DNA from: Mytilus californianus
Lineage: Eukaryota
DNA length: 64,000 bases
Reading direction: 5' to 3'
Assembly (NCBI RefSeq): GCF_021869535.1
Contig: NW_026262581.1
Coordinates: forward strand, 124,682,001 to 124,746,000
The translations under genes and the position numbers were made by a program. Position 1 is the stretch's first letter, and each line of letters begins with the position of its first letter. Of this stretch, positions 12,734 through 24,108 are shown in pieces. The notes beneath the pieces were generated by a model. It searched no databases, was not told the origin of the DNA, and worked only from the letters and a program-made list of their open reading frames with translations.

Positions 12734-13559
12734 TAAATCAAGCCATATTAATCCCTTGATAAGATACTATTATTAAGGAGCAAAACACGAGGATAGCTTA
12801 TATTAATCCGCACTGAAAATATCACAAATTAGGAAAAGGTAATGAAAAGGATGTCAATGAGATTATTTCATTTCATTAAGTACTGACACTTAATATTTAT
12901 ATTAGATAAACAAGAAAGATAGTGTATTGCCTTTTCTTCTTTACCGTTGCTTATACTTTTCAAGAGAGCTTGAACATGCAACTCACACCACGATAAACAC
13001 CGCGTCGTAACGAAGTAGATATTTTCTTAGCCATTATGAATGTAACAAAACTCTTTTTGCACAAACTTGGATAAAGATGCATTGCCATTAATACAAATTA
13101 TCATGTAAAACATTTCAGCATGAAATTATTTATTTAACCGAAGGAAAACGAATGCATACCGACATATTTCATCGATTACACAAAATTCACATTTTGACAT
13201 ATAATTAAAATCTGTGGAAGTATCACGTCATTATTCTTTGAACGAAACAAGTGCAATATGAAAAGGATATGTTGGGTACACGTTAATGAGGCAGAAAACA
13301 AAAACACATAATCAAAAGACATGTAGAGAGCAACACATAGTCGACAACAAAAGACAGGTGTTTATACAATATATCAAGCTCGTCATGAGACCATAAGATG
13401 TATGAATGAATTTAACTGAAACAATTTAAGATCAGCAATTAACACAAAGTTCTTCAAATTAAGATATCATTAAGTTAGATAAACGCTGACCAATGACGAG
13501 GATAATGTTTTGGTACATGAAAAAGTAGCAGGAGTGCAAGTTTCTGTTTAGACCTTATC

Positions 13560-13775
13560 CAACCCCTACTAATATCGCTCAGTCGATAAAAAAACGTACA
13601 TAAAAGAACAAATTGCCTCGTATTTTTCATGTCAGGGCCTTTTATAGACGACTTTACGGTAGGGGTTTTTTCTAATTGCTGAAGGCCATACGGTGGTCTA
13701 TAACTGCTTAGATCCACTTTAAACTCTGATGGATGGTTGTCTCATTGGCAATCATACCACATCTCTTCAATTTTT
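13560..13775 (+). repeat. Dispersed repeat of the ...GTTGTCTCATTGGCAATCATACCACATCT family
   Basis: The same terminal motif is seen at ~20620-20665, ~59440 and ~62540, in reverse at ~57530 and ~58120, and as the unit of the 23169-23888 array. Confidence 0.7.
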
Positions 13776-14121
13776 ATAACAAAATTTAATAAAACAAGGT
13801 ACAGGAAAAGTACTTTACTCTAAAATAATGGTTTGGTTAAATACATAACACATAACAGCAAATAAGTAACTACTTGTAACGAATAAAATAATGCATGCAG
13901 TTACTGAAAGCAAACTCAATCTACTTTAAAATCTGATTAGAAATCATGCCGCCCTACACATAACACTTTACATAGAAGATAGAACACACGGAATATGTAT
14001 AAAATAACACCAATCAAAACCTAAGGTTAAAGCAATTAAATTAATAGACGTATTTTAATCTAGTATGCTTACTAGTATTCTTAACAATATTTTCGTATTA
14101 TATATATATTCGTAGTGTCTG

Positions 14122-15248
14122 TCAATCCATTTCACGCATTCTTTCACGTTCTCCTTTTAAAGTTTTATAACCTGTGGGGAGGAATTCAAACTTCGTTGAT
14201 ATTCGGTCCTTTGTTTCAGCGTTCACGTAAGTGCCTATCATTTCGGTGCCAGCTATTTCAAGTTCTACCCATCCAAAGGCATAAATAGGCCAAATTCCAT
14301 TTGGGGGATCGATATGAATTTTTGCAAGTAACTTGCATCCTTGGTCTGTTACATACATTGGCTTTTTGTCATCGGAAATGTAAATTTCTACAGTAAAAGG
14401 TTCCGTTCTTTTACTTTTGGAATCTTCACTTTCAAAAGTATTATTAACCTGAATCATATCTATATTCCCCACATGAACGTCTTGACCTTCAACAAAATAA
14501 ACATGAAAAATGTGTTTACACCATTCTTCATTATCCCATCTATAATATTTTTCCCTTCGATGCTCTCCTTTCTTGAAAGGAAGGCTTATACTGACGCCAT
14601 ATGTATAATTACACACTCTAGATGATATTATAGAAGGATCATGACCATAAATTACAGCTCCCTTTAACACAGATAATCCACCTTCAACTGGAATGAACAC
14701 CTCTAATTCTAACGCTTGTCTAACAGCATTTTGCAACATCGGACATTCTGAAAAACCCCCAACTAACATAACAGCTGATACGTCACGACATCTGTCATGT
14801 TTCAAAATATCTTTGATTTCTTTAATTGTCATTGAAATGGAATCACTGTAAAAAGATTGAAATAATTCTCGATCGATGAATAGTTTGTCTCTTTTCACTT
14901 TAAGTTTACCATTGAAGCGAGAATTTTCTATTATGTTCGAAATACCACAACCAGTCTTCGATTCCAAAAGCTCTGCTAAGTTTGCTGGAAATCTAGTTGA
15001 TATAACAGAGTTTTCATTTAATTTGAAGGATTTCTTTGCCGTTTCAAACTGCCTCATCATTTCATTATAATCCAACCCTTGTGTTTGTTTAAATTCCATG
15101 AATACATCTCCACCTAGCAGTTTCTTCAGCAATTTGCGATACTCTTGGTTGACCCATTCACCACCCCAGGAACCTCCACATATTTTATGAATTATCTTTA
15201 AATGACCATCAGGTAATACTTCTTGGGCAGATATATCAACAGTACCAC
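14122..15248 (-). CDS. HSPA12: HSPA12-like paralogue 2, coding exon 4 (terminal)
   Basis: Acceptor tttgtag|GTGGTACT. Contains GGSWGG, MLVGGFSEC and LSVLKGAV. Full gene is 1830 nt, 609 aa. Confidence 0.95.
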
Positions 15249-15363
15249 CTACAAATAATTTTTTACATGTCAACAGTACCACTTAGAAATAATTTATATG
15301 TCAACAGTACCACCAACAAATAATTTATATGCCAACTGTATCACTTATAAATAATTTCTATGT
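15237..15363. repeat. Four-copy 31-34-bp minisatellite made from the exon-4 splice junction of HSPA12-2
   Basis: Units CAACAGTACCACCTACAAATAATTT... start at 15237, 15271, 15302 and 15333. Confidence 0.9.
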
Positions 15364-16052
15364 CAAATGCACTAGCTTCAAGAAATCGATATGTTTACTG
15401 AACCTCCAAAATTGATATCAGCTGAAAACCAACAATAAATTGAAATGTCAAAATACATCTTATTATTCGTTCGCTCTGAAAATAATTAAAACAATTGTTT
15501 TAATGTTGATAGAAACATAGATCTTAGTATCTCAAATACTTGTACGTTTTGCCGTCGATGAAGTTTCATATCAAGAAATAATTATGATAATAACTGTATA
15601 TTGCACTAGACGCACTATTCTATGTATTTATTGTCCGACTTTTCCGAGACCTTTTCGTTAGGACCATAAAAAAATAAAGCTTGTCGTAGAGATTTGTACG
15701 CATACGATCCAAAACATATATGGTGCGGCACATATACCAAAATATAAAGGTTTTGAATTATTGTCAATAAAACATTTATCCATAAAGACCAAAAGAGAAA
15801 GATGTGAACAATAACAATTGTAATATATACACTAACCACGACCTAAAGATAACAATAACACCCCAAATTTATTCCTTTATCATTCGAATTTTTCACCATC
15901 ACAGTGCATCAAGAAACACTGAACAACTTAGTATAGCTATTTGTACGTGTGCCGTTTTACGAATACTTGGTTTCGTTTTGTTCTTTTCACGATATTTAGC
16001 TTCTTTTTGTGATACATTTTGTTTTTTAGATCACATTTTGAAATATTATTAC

Positions 16053-16212
16053 CTCCAGCATCAACTACTATGATCTTTCTGCCAGGATCAAACGATCTAA
16101 GTATAGTTGTTTGATTTTCCCCTACGAATTTGTCTACAGGTATGAGACGCATATATATTGATGCTGCTTCAGGCTCATACACAATGCAAAAATTATCTCC
16201 CGCAATTCCAGC
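16053..16212 (-). CDS. HSPA12: HSPA12-like paralogue 2, coding exon 3 (160 nt)
   Basis: ctttcag|GCT...GGA G|gtaata. Encodes AGIAGDNFCIVYEPEAASIY...IIVVDAG. Confidence 0.95.
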
Positions 16213-16964
16213 CTGAAAGGAAATGAATGTTTAGTGTGTTTATGTTTGAAATACAATAAGAAGGTCACATATATTTTTTGACTGATCAGATGAAGTTCCA
16301 CGTGCTATAGTCGCACCAAAAGTTGTATTACAAATATTAGATATCGCCCATTAGATAAAGCTTACTTCAGACAATTCTTGAGCTGATCACAGAGGAATTA
16401 AGATTAATGAATAATAAATTACCCAATGTTAAGTTCTGCTGGAAATCTGGACACAAAGCTGAACCTCTAATTTTACATTTATGCAAAATTACCCTACAAA
16501 ATTTTTAAACTAAATCAACACATAGACAATTTGTTTTTAAAGATATATAATAACCTGTGAATACAATTATACTTAGTCTTGATTATTTTTTTTTCACTTT
16601 TCACGTATGCTGCGAAGTGGTGGCGAATACTGTTCCCAATAAATGTTTATTATGAAATGATATGCGGGTGTAACATGTCCGTCAGGACTTCTTATTTCTA
16701 AGATTCTGAAAGCTTAGATGCAATATAAGTCTACCTTTGTTCAAATCTCATAAATCCATTACGAATATACAGAATATACAAATGAAGATAAGAAATAAAA
16801 CCGCAAGGAATCGCATTAAATCCTAAAGGATCGAAACCGGGTTCGTCGACTGGGTAAGCTATGCGGAACAGTATTTTAATCTGCTCTTTTCATCTTTTCT
16901 GCTTGTGTACTAGGAATGAAGATTTAAGAATTCTTGTACTTTATATTGTTTTGTTTGTTCTTAC

Positions 16965-17183
16965 CCCTTCAGCTGCTTGTCTCATGAATTGTTTACATGC
17001 ATCATTCCAAATAGCTGGGACCGTTATTACCCATTTAATCAGATCATTATTTACTCCAAGGTTCCTTTTCTTAAACTGGTCAAGCAGATGTTTTTTTAAG
17101 AATTCAATTGCTAATCTAAATACTCTCTTTGCTGAAACTTTTTTACCATTCATTTCCTCCATTTTGAAATCATCTCGAATATC
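16965..17183 (-). CDS. HSPA12: HSPA12-like paralogue 2, coding exon 2 (219 nt)
   Basis: tttacag|GAT...GGG|gtaaga. Encodes DIRDDFKMEEMNG...WVITVPAIWNDACKQFMRQAAEG. 52/73 residues are identical to paralogue 1 exon 2 (counted by hand). Confidence 0.95.
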
Positions 17184-17467
17184 CTGTAAAGTATAAAATT
17201 ACAATTATGATACAAAATGTTCACAATTGTGAATAGTTTTTGTTTTATCTATTGTTCTGTTGAAGGGGTTGATATAATTGTATACGTATTGGGATTTAAA
17301 CCGTCTTTAATCTACCTTAGTCGTTCTAATGTTTATTGAGTATACGACATTTGAAGTCATTTGGAACTGTTCTTTTGTTAGATATCAAACTTGCTTTGAA
17401 TTAATGTACGTAAAATAAAAATATCTGCTCTTTCAACTTAATTGCGCAATGAATAGAAAAGTAGTAC

Positions 17468-17791
17468 CTTTCCTAAAACAACGGCTTCATACAGTTTCAT
17501 TTTAAACTCTTTTAAGTAGTACCATGAATTCTGTTCATTATTTTCACAAATAGTTGAGTACTGGTCTTCAGCATCGTGACCAAAGGCAACAAATTTCTTC
17601 TTTGAGTTGAGAAGAATAGAGGAGGGTGCTTTGTATGTAATATCGCCTCCACTCTCTGATGACCAGTAGGGGGTGTTAACATTTATAGGATTGGCTGCAA
17701 ACTCATAGCGGAAAGAGAATGCATATCCCGAACCATGACTTCCAAAATCGATTGCTGCTACTACTAATACGGGATCATTTACAGTCGCCAT
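17468..17791 (-). CDS. HSPA12: HSPA12-like paralogue 2, coding exon 1 (108 codons)
   Basis: MATVNDPVLVVAAIDFGSHGSGYAFSF...FKMKLYEAVVLGK. Donor AAG|gtacta. Acceptor ctttccag lies 5 nt upstream of the ATG. Confidence 0.93.
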
Positions 17792-17960
17792 AGTTTCTGG
17801 AAAGAAGTTAAATTAGACAAATGTTAATATGGAAAAGTTTTGTCTTAAAGTAATAAATATAAACACAATATGTATGAAAATATAACTATTTGAGTATATG
17901 TATTTTGAAATCGTTTTTGGTCTTAATATAATTCATTAAATGTTTCATCAAAACACTTAC

Positions 17961-18060
17961 CTGGAAGACGTTCACGTACCTATGAAATTTAATCATTCGC
18001 TGGTCTGTAAAATGTAATGAGTATCGATTTGTTGACAAGGAAGAAGTATACAAACCAATT
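17961..18060 (-). other. Putative 5' non-coding exon of HSPA12-2 (upstream limit uncertain)
   Basis: Strong donor CCAG|GTAAGT at 17961/17960 pairs with the acceptor at 17797 (164-nt intron). A TATAAA on the minus strand lies at 18088-18093. Confidence 0.5.
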
Positions 18061-19820
18061 CCTATACGGATCAGGTTCGTGGTAGGCTTTATATTTAAGT
18101 TCTTACTTTTTAAATTTTATTTTCTTTTGGTTGACCCTTTTAATTGATTTCAACATTATAATGTTGGTGTTCGTTTTTGAAAATCTGTTTTCAAATATTG
18201 ATTTTGAGTACATTGAAATAATATCAACTTGTAATAATGTATACGTCATAGTCAAAAAAGATTGCAAATGAGCAATCAAAGTCGAAAAAAAGACGACAAG
18301 AAGTCGACAATGTCATGGCAAAGTTTAAATAGACGAATATTCACAAAACCCTACACAGAAAGTTGAGCAATAAAAACGCCTCCAAACCCGAGGGTGACCT
18401 CAGGTGGTCAGTTACTTCTTCACTAGGGATACAAATTGTGTTATCCCTGTTATAATTCATTACAGCCTCATTCTCGGTGATATGGTATCATGCAGTAGTG
18501 GATGGACAAATGTCTTTTACATTATCCGAAGACATCAGAAATATGTATAAACCATCGGTACCTCTAGATTTTCTCATGCATGATCCGATGTTAAGCATGA
18601 TTTGAAAATGAATATCAGGACAATGAATAGATGAAAATGTTACATATAGAAAAGCACAAACATGAAAAAATAGAATACCACAAAAAACAATAGAGAAAAA
18701 GAAGCAAAAGCAACTCAAAATTGATATAATATGAAAATATGGTGAAAAGACGTATTCGCTGATGCCATAGTGTCATGAGATAGAAGTTCCTTCATGATAC
18801 AAGACTTAGTTCCAAGTGGAAGACATATTCTGTAATATTTATTCCACTGGAACAAATTTCACAGTATCTGTTCCTTAAAGAATAAAGGGTATATGATATT
18901 TGTTTCAACAAGAACAGATATAATGGCATTATTAAGAACAAAGTTTACGCGGAACTTCTGTTAGGCGGAACAAATATACGTTAACATGGGCACCTATAAC
19001 AGATTTATTCTGTGAGATTCAACCAAAGCATGTTCGCGTTAAACTTTTAAAAATATGTCTTCCATTCAACTGTCGAACTCAATTGGTTCAATAGCTTTCT
19101 TGTAATCAGCAATCTTCTAACAAAGAAAACCTGATAGACTAGACAAGTACTGGAATCAATTAGGAGATAAAGACTCTACATCCAAAGCAGACTTAATTGA
19201 TTATGCTGTATAATGTATTTAAAATTCAACGAAATAAATGCGATCAGCTATAGTTACCAAACTTTTAATTTAGTCTATACAGCAGAACTTGAGGTTAAAC
19301 GATGATGTTATATTCCTTTCATTCTTCTTCTTCAAGCCCCTGTATTATGTCTTTCTCATACAATTAAAGGAATAAGTCGGTGAGTCTGATTCTCATAGGA
19401 AAGGTGACTGCTCGTTAAAGAACATGTTCATCCATACCTGTGTTTAACAAAAAATCAGAGATATAGGCGACGCTATGTCTGTATTGCGTTAATAAGGGCA
19501 TACTTTAGAAAAAAAGATATGAAAGGTACAGTTACAAGAGAACTTTCGTGCATTAAACTACAGCTTCTTCAACTTTCATTAAAATTGATTCTTATCATTT
19601 CATTTTAATAAAACGTTTATAAAATGTTGTATCCTAGACAATACATTTTCAAATATTATGTACTGCATTTCAATTAATGTAAATATATTACAATAAGTAT
19701 ATAATTCGAAGGCGTATCTGACGAAGCAAAATAAGTGCGTTTTAAATTATAAAGAATAACTCGATGAAATAAAGCTTGATATTTTGTACATGGTAATAAA
19801 GTTTTACTTTTGTATTTCAG

Positions 19821-19883
19821 TTATTTATGTGTATTCATCAGAAGCAATTTGGTTGTTAGTTGTTGGTCTGCTCTTGAACATAG
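19821..19883 (+). other. Putative 63-nt 5' non-coding exon of HSPA12-3
   Basis: Acceptor ttttacttttgtatttcag and donor TAG|gtaagt. The downstream acceptor tattctag is 3 nt before the ATG at 20892. Confidence 0.55.
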
Positions 19884-20165
19884 GTAAGTATCTGATCAGA
19901 ATCAGACATGAGTTTGGATTGCACATCTACCCGTATCATGGAAATATCTTAATTAAAACGTGATCGGATATTTGTACGTTTTTTTTTAGCACTGGAAATG
20001 TTGTAAACAAATACATTCTACAAGTTTTAATTCAACGGCTAGATCAAGTCATAGTCGTATCGAACAATATGAAAAAAAACACAAAAACAAAAACAATACA
20101 AAACAAAAACAGCAAAAAAGCAAAAAAGCAAAAACCAATACTCGTAGTATAACTAGCACAATTGC

Positions 20166-20666
20166 AAACATCTTTTTTATTTATATTGTGTCATAGATCA
20201 AACTTATTCGTTCAGTGTATATTTACTTGTTTTTGTGTATTGTCTTTTTGATCGAGTTAAGCCATTTCAATTGATATTTTATTGTGTGTATTTTTATGTT
20301 GTAATGTTATACCACTGTTTCAGGTTAGGGTGAAGGTTGGCGCCTGTTAAAACGTTTAAACCCGCTGCATTTTTATGCACCTGTCCTAAGTCAGGAACCT
20401 GTTGTTAAGTGGTTGTCTTTTGTTGGTGTGGTTAAAAAGGGTTTATCGTTTCTCGTTTTTTATATAGATTAGACCGTTGGTTTTCCTGTTTGAATTGTTT
20501 TACACAAGTCTTTTGGGGCCCTTTTATAGCTTGCTGTTCGGTGTGAGCCAAGGCTCCGTGTTGAAGGCCGTACTTTGACCTATAATTGTTTACTTTTTAC
20601 AAATTGTGACTTGGATAGATAGTTGTCTCGTCTCATTGGCACTCATACCACATCTTCTTATTTATA
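20166..20666 (+). mobile_element. ~500-bp dispersed non-autonomous element in the 5' UTR intron of HSPA12-3
   Basis: A closely similar reverse-complement copy lies at 58109-58597. It ends in GTCTCATTGGCACTCATACCACATCTTCTTATTT. Confidence 0.85.
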
Positions 20667-20891
20667 ATTATTAAATCAAGATGATAATGACTTGATTGAT
20701 TGAATGATTGTTGTTTGCTTTTACCTGCAAACTTGGTATGTTAATAGTATGGAATGCACCTAAATTTTTTTTTCAAATAGGAGACTACTCATAAAATATC
20801 TAATTTTCTATTATTTTAATGACAGAATCATATAGAAATGAATGGAAATTCATAATGAATTCTAAACGACATTGCTAATTTATTCTAGGTC

Positions 20892-21188
20892 ATGTCTGAC
20901 CGACAAGATTCGACGTTGGTTGTTGCGATAGATATAGGGACAACCTACAGTGGTTACGCCTTTTCCTTTGGTCACCAATATAAATCCAAACCACTAAATA
21001 TAACCTCACATAGCTGGCCAGATGGACCATCGTACAAGACACCCACGTGTGTCCTGCTTACAGAAAAGAAGGAGTTCCATTCCTTTGGAAGGGAAGCTGA
21101 AAACAAATATATAAGTCTGGCAGAAAATGAGGAACACGAGGATTGGTATTTTGTTACAAGATTTAAGATGTTATTGATGGAAAAAGAG
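20892..21188 (+). CDS. HSPA12: HSPA12-like paralogue 3, coding exon 1 (99 codons)
   Basis: MSDRQDSTLVVAIDIGTTYSGYAFSF...KTPTCVLL...FGREAE...FKMLL. Donor GAG|gtatat. Confidence 0.95.
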
Positions 21189-21893
21189 GTATATTGCTCT
21201 ATCAGTAAATGAATACATTGAAATAGCAATCATTGTTGATTTCGATCTGGTATCGTTAATACTCCTATACTACGATAACATATGGCTCAATTTATTTACA
21301 ATCATGGAGTCGAATTTACAGAACATTGAGACAATTTCCTATCCTTACGATGGTAGATATTTGAAAACTAATTTGTTTGTTTTGCCAATTTCGTCATTTG
21401 TAAATGCACTCCTCCATATGTATTTGTTTAATTTTTCGAATAAGTCCTACGATATTATATGCAAAAGTCATAGTAAAAAATGTATCTGACATCTTTAATT
21501 TGGTTTAACAATTTTTACTTATGATACAGATTCCAACACCACAATTCAGGTACAACCATGATGTCTGGAATCGTATGTTACGGTGTAGACCAAACGTGAT
21601 CGGAACAAATTTCTTTTACCGATAAAGTGTGTGATTGAGTTCATTCAGGGATATAAGGTCGAACATTAGAAAGAAATGTTTTTAGTTTTTTACCATTTTT
21701 TTTAATCAGAGTGTGCTGCGCATATTATATATAACCTGTTCTATAACCAAAAAAAAACAAAACATCTGTACTATTATACATAATCAAAAGATAATTCTTT
21801 CAATGCTGTTTTTTTTAATTTTGAAATGGGTAAAAACTTGGATGCTTGATTGTGAAAATTCTATTAATATATTGAAAGAACGACGTTTTTCAG

Positions 21894-22112
21894 GAATTAG
21901 ATGAAAATACTCTTGCTGAAGATATGGATAAGAAACCTATATCAGCTTTGCTTGTATTTACCGAAGCTATCAAATACTTGAAGAACCATTTACTGAACGA
22001 TCTTAAAAAACGTAACTTAGACGTTCCTGATAACCAAATAAAATGGGTACTAACAGTTCCCGCTATCTGGTCAGATCCGGCAAAGCAGTTCATGAGAACG
22101 TCTGCTGAACGG
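21894..22112 (+). CDS. HSPA12: HSPA12-like paralogue 3, coding exon 2 (219 nt)
   Basis: ttttcag|GAA...CGG|gtagga. Encodes ELDENTLAEDMDKKPISALLVFTEAIKYLK...WVLTVPAIWSDPAKQFMRTSAER. Confidence 0.95.
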
Positions 22113-22947
22113 GTAGGATTTTTCATGAGTATACCTTAGAACCAATAAATTTTGATGGGATTGATATTGACATTTAGTTGTGCGTTTGCAATACACAAAT
22201 GTACCTCACTCTTGATATACATTAAAAGGATAATTATTATAGGAATCATCAAAAATACTATATATATATACAGTACAACAGACCACATCAACTACCATCA
22301 CCGAACTCCTCCGCAAAACAGACGAACAAAAATAAACCAAAAACCAACAAATAGCAAATAGTCCCGATTGTTGGGAATATAACTTAGTAATTGTCTTAAA
22401 TTCGAGAATTATCTTATCTTACGAAATAAACACAAATTGTGCCATTGCTGGATGTACATTCTCGTGATCTAAAAAAAAAAGAACCTGTTACGTTTTTGGT
22501 GTAATGTTTTGTTAAAGAAAATTCTATAATTTATAAATCCTAATTTGTGTTCGTGTTCCCAGACGTGAAAAGAATATGTTTCCAAGCAAAAATCTGTGGT
22601 ACATTCTTAAGAAAGCGTATAAATGTTATGTACTGTAAATTGCATTGATCTATTCGTATTGTCTTAATGTACTATGTAATACATCTAAATAAGTTCTTAT
22701 AACTCAGCTATGGTTTACATTTTAAGACGCATTGTTTTTATACTTTTCACTATATATTGTTAAGGGTTTAGAATAAAATAAACTTAGAGTCTGAATTGTA
22801 CATTTGAAAATAAAAAAAAAATCACAGAAATATAGCATTTATATTTGTAATGTACCTTTACAGTTCTTCCAATTTTCGACATTGTATTCATCAGACACAG
22901 TTTTACTCAAATTGAACATACAATTGAAAAATAATTGTTCTTTGTAG

Positions 22948-23107
22948 GCCGGTATATTTCATTCATCTTTAACTCTTGCATATGAACCAGAAGCTGCAGC
23001 ATTGTATTGTAGACTGTTGCCAATAGATACCATGAAAGTTGCAGGAGGAACTAATTACTTATCTTGTTTTGAACCAGGAAAAAAGATAATTATTGTAGAC
23101 TTGGGAG
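22948..23107 (+). CDS. HSPA12: HSPA12-like paralogue 3, coding exon 3 (160 nt)
   Basis: ctttgtag|GCC...GGA G|gtaatt. Encodes AGIFHSSLTLAYEPEAAALYC...IIIVDLG. Confidence 0.95.
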
Positions 23108-23168
23108 GTAATTATCTTTTTACTATAACACGTTTAAAACGTTACAGTTGTTTACTTACACGTCCTTT

Positions 23169-23888
23169 GGTCTCTAGTGGATAGTTGTCTCACTGGCAAT
23201 CATACTACATCTCCTTGGTCTCTAGTGGATAGTTGTCTCATTGGCAATCATACCACATCTCCTTGATCTCTGGTGGATAGTTGTCTCATTGGCAATCATA
23301 CCACATCTCCTTGGTCTCTAGTGGATAGTTGTCTCATTGGCAATCATACTACATCTCCTTGGTCTGTAGTGGATAGTTGTCTCATTGGCAATCCTACTAC
23401 ATCTCCTTGGTCTCTAGTGGATAGTTGTCTCATTGGCAATCATACCACATCTCCTTGATCTCTGGTGGATAGTTGTCTCATTGGCAATCATACCACATCT
23501 CTTTGGTCTCTAGTGGATAGTTGTCTCATTGGCAATCATACTACATCTCCTTGGTCTCTAGTGGATAGTTGTCTCATTGGCAATCATACTACATCTCCTT
23601 GGTCTCTAGTTGATAGTTGTCTCATTGGCAATCATACTACATCTCCTTGGTCTCTGGTGGATAGTTGTCTCATTGGCAATCATACCACATCTCCTTGGTC
23701 TCTAGTGGATAGTTGTCTCATTGGCAATCATACTACATCTCCTTGGTCTCTAGTGGATAGTTGTCTCATTGGCAATCATACTACATCTCATTGGTCTCTA
23801 GTGGATAGTTGTCTCATTGGCAATCATACTACATCTCCTTGGTCTCTAGTGGATAGTTGTCTCATTGGCAATCATACTATATCTCCTT
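23169..23888. repeat. 15 x 48-bp intronic minisatellite
   Basis: Unit GGTCTCTAGTGGATAGTTGTCTCATTGGCAATCATAC(T/C)ACATCTCCTT repeats at exactly 48-bp spacing from 23169 to 23841, with no spacers. Confidence 0.97.
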
Positions 23889-24108
23889 ATTTATATATAT
23901 TTCATCCAAAATATCAGCTCTGTTTTTCTATTTTATGATTCTAGTAGCATATTTCCTTATTCTGAATATTGTGACTACAATAATAATTTGAAATCAGAAG
24001 ACCAAATTTTTATTGTTTAAATATTTTTTTTTTTAGTTATATCAAACTCTTAAAATTGGTTTGTGAAATTATATTCAATATGTAAAATACAATGGTATCT
24101 CGCTTCAG

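Noticed and set aside
19712-19740. CTGACGA here and CTGATGA at ~60914 and ~63810 as possible hammerheads
   Set aside because: No intact GAAA box or helices. At most these are heavily decayed remnants.
22874-22894. CTGATGA...GAAA on the minus strand in HSPA12-3 intron 2
   Set aside because: Both hammerhead boxes are present but stem II does not pair, and there is no stem III, UH triplet or stem I. Likely chance.
23169-23888. Regular direct repeats resembling a CRISPR array
   Set aside because: The units are contiguous with no unique spacers, there are no cas genes, and the array lies in a eukaryotic intron.
23273-23938. ORFs of 61 and 157 aa with SLVDSCLIGNHTTSPW repeats
   Set aside because: This is translation of the 48-bp minisatellite (a multiple of 3). 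There are stops in units 3 and 7 and no supporting splice sites.
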